Made by a program: the position numbers and the translations under genes. Below the pieces are notes generated by a model. It made no database searches, was not told where the DNA came from, and saw only the letters and a program-made list of their open reading frames with translations. From Candidatus Hydrogenedentota bacterium (GTDB lineage Bacteria; Hydrogenedentota; Hydrogenedentia; Hydrogenedentales; SLHB01), in assembly GCA_963674865.2 (NCBI GenBank), contig CAXXYE010000009.1, positions 1,248,001 through 1,312,000 on the forward strand: a stretch of DNA of 64,000 nt, given 5' to 3'. Every line of letters starts with the position of its first letter. Positions within the stretch are counted from its first letter, which is position 1. Shown here piece after piece: positions 58,508-64,000 of this stretch.

Positions 58508-59332
58508 ATGTCGGAGACCTTTCGGTTCTTTGCCCTTCAGACGACGCTGCTAGGGGTGGTCCTCATACTCCACACCTACCTTGGGCTCCATATCATTAGG
58601 CGGACCCTCATATTCTCCGATTTGGTCCTGGATCAACTTGCGGCATTGGGAGTGCTCGTGGCGGTAGGATTTGGGGTCGAATACGGGGCCGGCGAAGCGT
58701 ACCTGGCCTCGTTTGTTGCGGTGATTGTTGGCGCTGCGCTGTTGGCTCTGCTCAAGCCCACGAATCCAAACATCCCGCGCGAGGCGGTCATTGGTATCTT
58801 GTACGCCTTGGCGTTGGTGGCATCCCTGCTGGTAGGGGATAAGTTGTCCGGCGGAGGCGCCTATCTGAGCAAGACGCTTGGCGGGTCGATTCTATGGGCA
58901 TCGTGGCCATTGGTTTGGACCACCGTCGTTGTCTACGCACTCTTGTTGGTCTTTCACCTTGTTTTCCGCAAGAAGTTCATTGGCCTGACGGAAGGCCATG
59001 GAGGGATCCGGCGAGAGCGCGTGTGGGACTTCCTCTTCTTTGTGACTCAGGGCATCATAACCGTTCTGATCGTTCCCCTGGCCGGGGTGCTGCTGGCGTA
59101 CGCCTTCTTGATGATCCCAGCTGCAACAGCGGCCATGTTTACCAACAAGTGGGGCAGCGCCATCGCTTTGGGATGGTCGCTCGGATACGCGGCCTGCCTC
59201 GCCGGACTGGGCGCCTCCCATCACTTCGACGTGCCCTATGGGCCAAGTCTTGTGCTTGCTCTCGGCGCCCTTTTCGTTGTCAGCCTTCTCGTTAGAGCCT
59301 TACTGCCGCGCCGCCGTGAGGGGACAAGCTGA
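58508..59332 (+). CDS. Metal ABC transporter permease (ABC-3/ZnuB-like), first subunit
   Basis: YLGLHIIRR..IFSDLVLDQLAALG, EAVIGILY and AFLMIPAATA. Confidence 0.88.
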   Translation: MSETFRFFALQTTLLGVVLILHTYLGLHIIRRTLIFSDLVLDQLAALGVLVAVGFGVEYGAGEAYLASFVAVIVGAALLALLKPTNPNIPREAVIGILYALALVASLLVGDKLSGGGAYLSKTLGGSILWASWPLVWTTVVVYALLLVFHLVFRKKFIGLTEGHGGIRRERVWDFLFFVTQGIITVLIVPLAGVLLAYAFLMIPAATAAMFTNKWGSAIALGWSLGYAACLAGLGASHHFDVPYGPSLVLALGALFVVSLLVRALLPRRREGTS

Positions 59333-60174
59333 TGGCCAACATGATCGAGATTCTCTTGCTTCCTTTGCTCGCATGTGTCGCCATGACGCTTATCCTCAGC
59401 CACCTGGGCATTCACGTGCTGAAGCGCGAGGTGGTGTTCATTGATATCGCGTTGGCGCAGGTTGCCGCGTTGGGGGCGATCTCGGCCCACCTGGTCATTG
59501 GTACGGCAATGAACTCGCCGCTTTCGTACCTCTTCGCCCTCGGCGCCACCTTTCTGGCGGCGGCCTTCTTTGCCTACGCACGGAAGGTGGTCAAGGAGAT
59601 TCCCCTGGAGGCGGTGATTGGTGTCACCTACGCGATTGCCGCGGGCGCCACGCTCTTCGTAGTCGGTGCAGCCAGCGGCGGGCATGTGCACGTCCAAGAG
59701 GTGCTTGCGGGGAGCATCCTCTGGACGACCTGGGGACAGCTCACGGCGTGCGCTATCACGTTCGGCCTCGTGGGGCTGTGCTTCTTCCTGTTTCGGCGGC
59801 CGTTCAACAGGATCAGCGAGGACTACGAGCAGGCAAGTGCGCATGGCCTGAAGCCGGCGCGATGGGATTTTCTCTTCTATGCACTCTTCGGCGTGGTTAT
59901 CACACAGAGCGTACGCGTGGCCGGTGTGGTGGTGGTGTTCGCCTTTCTTATCATTCCCGCGACCGCGTCTGCGCTGTTCTTCACGAGCACCGGCCCCCGC
60001 TTGGTGATGGCGTGGGGCATCGGCTTGGCGGCGACGTTGATGGGCCTGTTCTTCGCGTACCAGTGGGACTACTCAGTGGGGCCGTCCGTCGCGATGTTCC
60101 TGGGGCTATTGCTCGCGTTGGGGGGGATTGCGCAGGCTGGGCTCTCCCGGCTGAAGGTACTTCACTCGCCGTAG
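59332..60174 (+). CDS. Metal ABC transporter permease (ABC-3/ZnuB-like), second subunit
   Basis: HLGIHVLKREVVFIDIALAQ, EAVIGVTY and AFLIIPATAS; TGATG coupling with the first permease. Confidence 0.9.
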   Translation: MANMIEILLLPLLACVAMTLILSHLGIHVLKREVVFIDIALAQVAALGAISAHLVIGTAMNSPLSYLFALGATFLAAAFFAYARKVVKEIPLEAVIGVTYAIAAGATLFVVGAASGGHVHVQEVLAGSILWTTWGQLTACAITFGLVGLCFFLFRRPFNRISEDYEQASAHGLKPARWDFLFYALFGVVITQSVRVAGVVVVFAFLIIPATASALFFTSTGPRLVMAWGIGLAATLMGLFFAYQWDYSVGPSVAMFLGLLLALGGIAQAGLSRLKVLHSP

Positions 60175-60200
60175 CTCAGAGCGCGCGGAATTCGTCTTCG

Positions 60201-62084
60201 TTACGAGTTGCTCGACCTCACGATCCTGACCTGGCGTGGCCGGAGAGCCGTGCCGTTGAGTTCTAGAGCCGCCTGCCCCGCGTTGAACCAGAGCATATAA
60301 TGCCCACTCCTATCGGACAATTCTGCCGAGACGAGGTCCTCTTCGAAACACACTCCGGTGATGGACGCGCCGCCGTCGTGCAGGATAGTCCAATCGACGG
60401 CCTCAGTATCGGGCAGCTCAGCCGTGATGAGCCATCCTCTCCCAGCTTCCGCAATCGCCGGAGCTACCGGCCCCATCTCCATCCGAGAACGCTGGCTTTC
60501 CGTCGTGATGACGTTGCCGTCAACGGCCGGGGGGGCGCAGGTCGCCCGGTTCATGGCCCAGCGGACCTCCCGCTTTCGGCCGGGGGCGGCATTGACGATC
60601 CACGTGGCTGACTCGCCGAACACGTAACAGGTCATTACGCCGCCCCAGTCGATGCAGGCTGTCTGTAAGTCACTGCGGTCCATGCTAAACCTGTTCTCGA
60701 TGTTGAGCCGCGCTGTGTCAATTGCCCAAGTGCGGAGGCCGGAGGCGCCGCCGCCTTCGAACTCGCACAGCAAGGGGCGCTCGCCTGCGAGACACCAGTG
60801 CTGGAGGCCCGACCAGTCCTTGACGCCGCTGAAAACCAGGAGTGTGTGGTAATCGCGGCGCACGTTGAAGTAGCTGGTGATGTCATAGTTCCCGTAGTCG
60901 GCGAAGCGCGCAAGGCGATCGGGCAGGGGGGTAAGGACGATCGAGGGATCGTGGAAGAGAGCCGCGGTAATCCATGGAATCCCTCCATGGTCGATGGCCA
61001 CGCTGCCGGACTGGCGTTCGAGGACCGCAAGGTAGTCCGCGGCGAGTGTCGTGCAGTACGGCCGCTCCCTTGCGTAGTACTCGAGGGCGCCGAGAAGATA
61101 GGCGAGTGAATTCGGGCTGAAGCGGCCGGTTCGCGTCGAGATGGCCTGCATCGGCAGGCCCTGCGAGTCATGCATGGTGCTGAGCCAGTCGAGGGAGCGG
61201 AGAAGGGGTTTATCCAACGCCGACTCGCCGCGGCCTATGCGGTGGCGGAAGGCATAGAGAAATGTCACGTACGAGTAGCAGAAGTCCGGCCCCGGCCCCT
61301 CGACGACCATCCCGTTTTCGGCCAACACCCGGCGGCCGACCCATGCCCAGTTTTCTCGAATGCGCTCAAGGTACTCTGGGCGCTCGAATACTCGTGCCGC
61401 CGTTGCCATAACACCGCACCACACGCAGCCGCGGTTGCTTTGCGAGGTGTTCACGTTCTCGTACAAGTAATCCGCTGCCTTGGCCAAGCCCTCGCGGAAT
61501 CGGGCGGCTTGCTCGGCGGGCAGCGTGTGGCGGACGCAGAGATAGGCGGCCAGGAGAGGCTCGAGGCGCCACGCCATCTCGTGCGTGCCGTAGCAACTGC
61601 TCGTACGGATCGAGGAGAAGGCAAATTCGCCCGTCGGCAATTGGTGCTCGATGTATGCCTGAAGGCCGTTGATTACGCCCTCGCGAAAGCGTTCGTTTTT
61701 GTAGTGCCGCGACTCCGGGAGCGCCCATGCCAGGGCGAGATTGCCGATGTGTGAGGCCGATACTCTCCCTAGGCGATACAGCCACACGTATTCGGACATT
61801 CCGGCATAGCGTTTGCGCTCGTGTCGGTCGAGTTCGGCGACTTCCGGTGGCGGCATCGCGCCGGAGAGGTTCACGAGGCCTTTATCAAAGTCGAACTCAT
61901 CTGCGAGCCGGGTGATTTCCTCATCGAAACGGGCGATGTAACGCATGGCACGGAGATTGTCCAAACGCCCGGACGTGCCCGGCGCGAACACCGCCCGAAA
62001 CGCCTCGATGCCGGTGGCCTCAGCATCGGCCGGGCCGCTCCAGAGCGCGGAAACAACGGCGGCCGCGACGGAAAAGACTAGCAT
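60201..62084 (-). CDS. Secreted hypothetical protein (helical N-terminal half, beta-rich C-terminal half; possibly polysaccharide lyase/heparinase-like)
   Basis: Signal peptide (ADA) and RBS AAGGAGA; SNRG and EGPGPDFCY motifs. The fold is a weak inference. Confidence 0.6.
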   Translation of the reverse strand: MLVFSVAAAVVSALWSGPADAEATGIEAFRAVFAPGTSGRLDNLRAMRYIARFDEEITRLADEFDFDKGLVNLSGAMPPPEVAELDRHERKRYAGMSEYVWLYRLGRVSASHIGNLALAWALPESRHYKNERFREGVINGLQAYIEHQLPTGEFAFSSIRTSSCYGTHEMAWRLEPLLAAYLCVRHTLPAEQAARFREGLAKAADYLYENVNTSQSNRGCVWCGVMATAARVFERPEYLERIRENWAWVGRRVLAENGMVVEGPGPDFCYSYVTFLYAFRHRIGRGESALDKPLLRSLDWLSTMHDSQGLPMQAISTRTGRFSPNSLAYLLGALEYYARERPYCTTLAADYLAVLERQSGSVAIDHGGIPWITAALFHDPSIVLTPLPDRLARFADYGNYDITSYFNVRRDYHTLLVFSGVKDWSGLQHWCLAGERPLLCEFEGGGASGLRTWAIDTARLNIENRFSMDRSDLQTACIDWGGVMTCYVFGESATWIVNAAPGRKREVRWAMNRATCAPPAVDGNVITTESQRSRMEMGPVAPAIAEAGRGWLITAELPDTEAVDWTILHDGGASITGVCFEEDLVSAELSDRSGHYMLWFNAGQAALELNGTALRPRQVRIVRSSNS

Positions 62085-62288
62085 GAATTGTATCTCCTTG
62101 GCTGTTCGCCACAATGAAGGGGCATTGTACTTCCGCCGCCGCACAGCGGCAAACGCTTGCCCTGTTCGGCCTGTTCTGAGCTTCATACGTGCCCAGGCGA
62201 GTCAGTCATTAGTAACGCGCTCGGGAGAAAGTGTGATAAGCTTGGCCGCTGCCTCCCGATAGATGCGCATATCCTCGATATCCCTGTG

Positions 62289-63674
62289 ATGACTACGAAC
62301 CACACACCAGAGCCGCGCTGGGCCGGACTCAAAGAAGTTCTCGGAATGGCCTTCCCCATCATCTTGGGGACGTTGTCATTCACGGTGATGCAATTCGCCG
62401 ATCAAGTCATGGTGGCCCGTCTGGGCTCCGAAGCGCTGGCTGCCGTGGGATCAGCGGGACTCTGGTCCTTCACGCTCTCCACCTTCCTCATGGGGATTGT
62501 CGGGTGTGTCGGCACTTTCGTGTCGCAGAGCTTCGGCCGGGGTGAGAAGCACGAATGCGCCAGCTACGCATGGCAGGGCGTATATCTTGCCTTCCTCACC
62601 GGCGCGACAATTCTCGTTCTTTGGCCTGTTTCCATGCCCCTGTTCGGCGTCATGGGACACGCCCCGCGGGTTACAGAGTTTGAGGTGAGCTATTTCCGCC
62701 TATTGCTGTTCGGATATCTGCCGATGGCTTGGCTCACGGCCCTCACCGCTTTCTTTCAGGCTGTCAGCCGTCCCCGGATTCCTATGATAACCGCGATAAT
62801 CTGCAACGCTGTCAATATTCTGCTCAATTATCTCTTGATCTTCGGGAAATTCGGCTTTCCGAGGTGGGAGATCCGGGGCGCCGCGGTGGCCACCGTTATT
62901 TCGGTTGCCCTTCAGGCCGTCATGCTCCAGGGCGTGTTCCTGAACGGCGCCATGAATGAAGAATACGGAACTCGGCGGACATTTCGCATTGACCTCACGA
63001 AGATGCGCGAGTTGTTCCGGATTGGCTGGCCGGCAGGCGTTTCTTTCTTCATTGATGTCTTCAACTGGGGCATATTCACGAGTTTCCTCGTCGGGAGGTT
63101 CGGGACGACGGCCCTCGCGGCGCATGTGGCGGCTACGAACTTCATGCACGTCTCCTTCATGCCGGCGGTGGGGCTGAACAACGCCATCGCGCCAATCGTT
63201 GGCCAGTGGATCGGGCGCGACAATATCCCCACGGCCAAAGCGCGCACGTATACCGCAATGAAACTCGCTGTTGTCTATATGACTCTCATGGGCCTCATCA
63301 TGGCGGTGTTCGGCGGCCGGCTTATCCGTTTATGCTTCAGTGACGACCCGGAAGTGATACGGCTTGGGCACTATCTGCTCATTCTCGCCGCTGTTTTTCA
63401 GGGCTTCGACGCGACAAACATCATCACTATGGGCGCCCTGCGGGGCGCCGGCGACACGCGCTACATGGCCGTCGTGGTTTCTATTCTGGCGTATCTTCTG
63501 TTCCTGCCCTTGGCGTGGGTGCTCGGACACGTTCTTGGCCTTGCGGCCGTCGGCGCGTGGATCGGCGCAACCGTCTACATCATTTTGCTCAGTCTGGTGC
63601 TGTTTCGTCGTTTCAACGGCGAGCGCTGGCGTCACATCCGTATCTTCGAGAAGGATAGGCAGGCGGCTGACTGA
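62289..63674 (+). CDS. MATE family efflux transporter
   Basis: LGMAFPII, DQVMVARLGSEALAAVG, LNYLLIFGKFG, GAAVAT and GALRGAGDT. Confidence 0.95.
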   Translation: MTTNHTPEPRWAGLKEVLGMAFPIILGTLSFTVMQFADQVMVARLGSEALAAVGSAGLWSFTLSTFLMGIVGCVGTFVSQSFGRGEKHECASYAWQGVYLAFLTGATILVLWPVSMPLFGVMGHAPRVTEFEVSYFRLLLFGYLPMAWLTALTAFFQAVSRPRIPMITAIICNAVNILLNYLLIFGKFGFPRWEIRGAAVATVISVALQAVMLQGVFLNGAMNEEYGTRRTFRIDLTKMRELFRIGWPAGVSFFIDVFNWGIFTSFLVGRFGTTALAAHVAATNFMHVSFMPAVGLNNAIAPIVGQWIGRDNIPTAKARTYTAMKLAVVYMTLMGLIMAVFGGRLIRLCFSDDPEVIRLGHYLLILAAVFQGFDATNIITMGALRGAGDTRYMAVVVSILAYLLFLPLAWVLGHVLGLAAVGAWIGATVYIILLSLVLFRRFNGERWRHIRIFEKDRQAAD

Positions 63675-63783
63675 CCGCGGGAAGATCGGCCGCCTTCGGA
63701 CAGACTACGCCTTGGTTTGGCGATCTGCGTGGGGGGAGGGCGGATGCGCGTCCCACCAGAAACCGCACATTCAGGCCTGACTT

Positions 63784-63999
63784 CTAGCCGGGTTCAAGCC
63801 GCGAGCGGTAGGGGGAGTGGCCAAAGAGAAGGCCATCGCAGAGGCGATCCGCATCTGGACTGCCGCCTTCGATGATTCCCAGCGCGCGGGCCTGGGCTGT
63901 GTTAAGCGCGCCGATATAGAGCTGCGAGAAGCTCCAGATGGTGCAGCGGATTGCGTCGCCACGCGAGCCCCCGGATACCGCGACCTGGCCGTCTTCGAT
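63784..63999 (-). CDS. 3' end of a gene running off the window; probable Eis-like GNAT C-terminal SCP2 domain
   Basis: Frame reads IEDGQVAVSGG...FSQLYIGALNTAQARALGIIEG...DGLLFGHSPY...* (TAG at 63784-63786). Confidence 0.6.
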   Translation of the reverse strand: MEDGQVAVSGGSRGDAIRCTIWSFSQLYIGALNTAQARALGIIEGGSPDADRLCDGLLFGHSPYRSRLEPG

Positions 64000-64000
64000 G

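Noticed and set aside
63771..63962. 63-aa ORF-track call at the window end
   Set aside because: A different - strand frame ending at 63784 reads as a more plausible SCP2-like C-terminus of a gene entering from outside the window.

Overview
A GC-rich chromosomal window from a diderm bacterium. The surface-protein repertoire (beta-helix, InlB-B-repeat and dockerin proteins, URO-D-like paralogues) resembles Candidatus Hydrogenedentes; this is an inference, not a database result. Core genes: trxB, lpxA-gnnA-like-lpxB-polA, rho, trpS, lnt, murJ and tRNA-His. Accessory modules: a hybrid histidine kinase; a URO-D/DapA-like/MFS/glutaredoxin operon; ROK + PIG-L deacetylase + Btu/Fec ABC transporter; a surface protein split by an IS200-type element; an M4 peptidase with a dockerin; two PilT-like proteins; a radical SAM enzyme; a metal-uptake operon; a MATE pump. 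The best candidate for an undescribed system is the operon at 26.2-33.2 kb (- strand). It encodes a 'mini-Skp', a TPR/FxLYD lipoprotein and two coupled secretins lacking all periplasmic N-domains, followed by lnt and murJ. Other unusual elements: a tRNA-His with G1:U72, A73 and no encoded G-1; a PilZ-PilT fusion with a degenerate Walker B and His box; an ATPase-less metal ABC/porin operon led by a DUF2946-like uORF ending in RPPP; a GH42-like protein lacking its catalytic glutamates; a sigma28-type promoter on an orphan gene; a cluster of REP-like palindromes; and candidate structured RNAs. All calls come from reading motifs by eye; no searches or folding programs were run.
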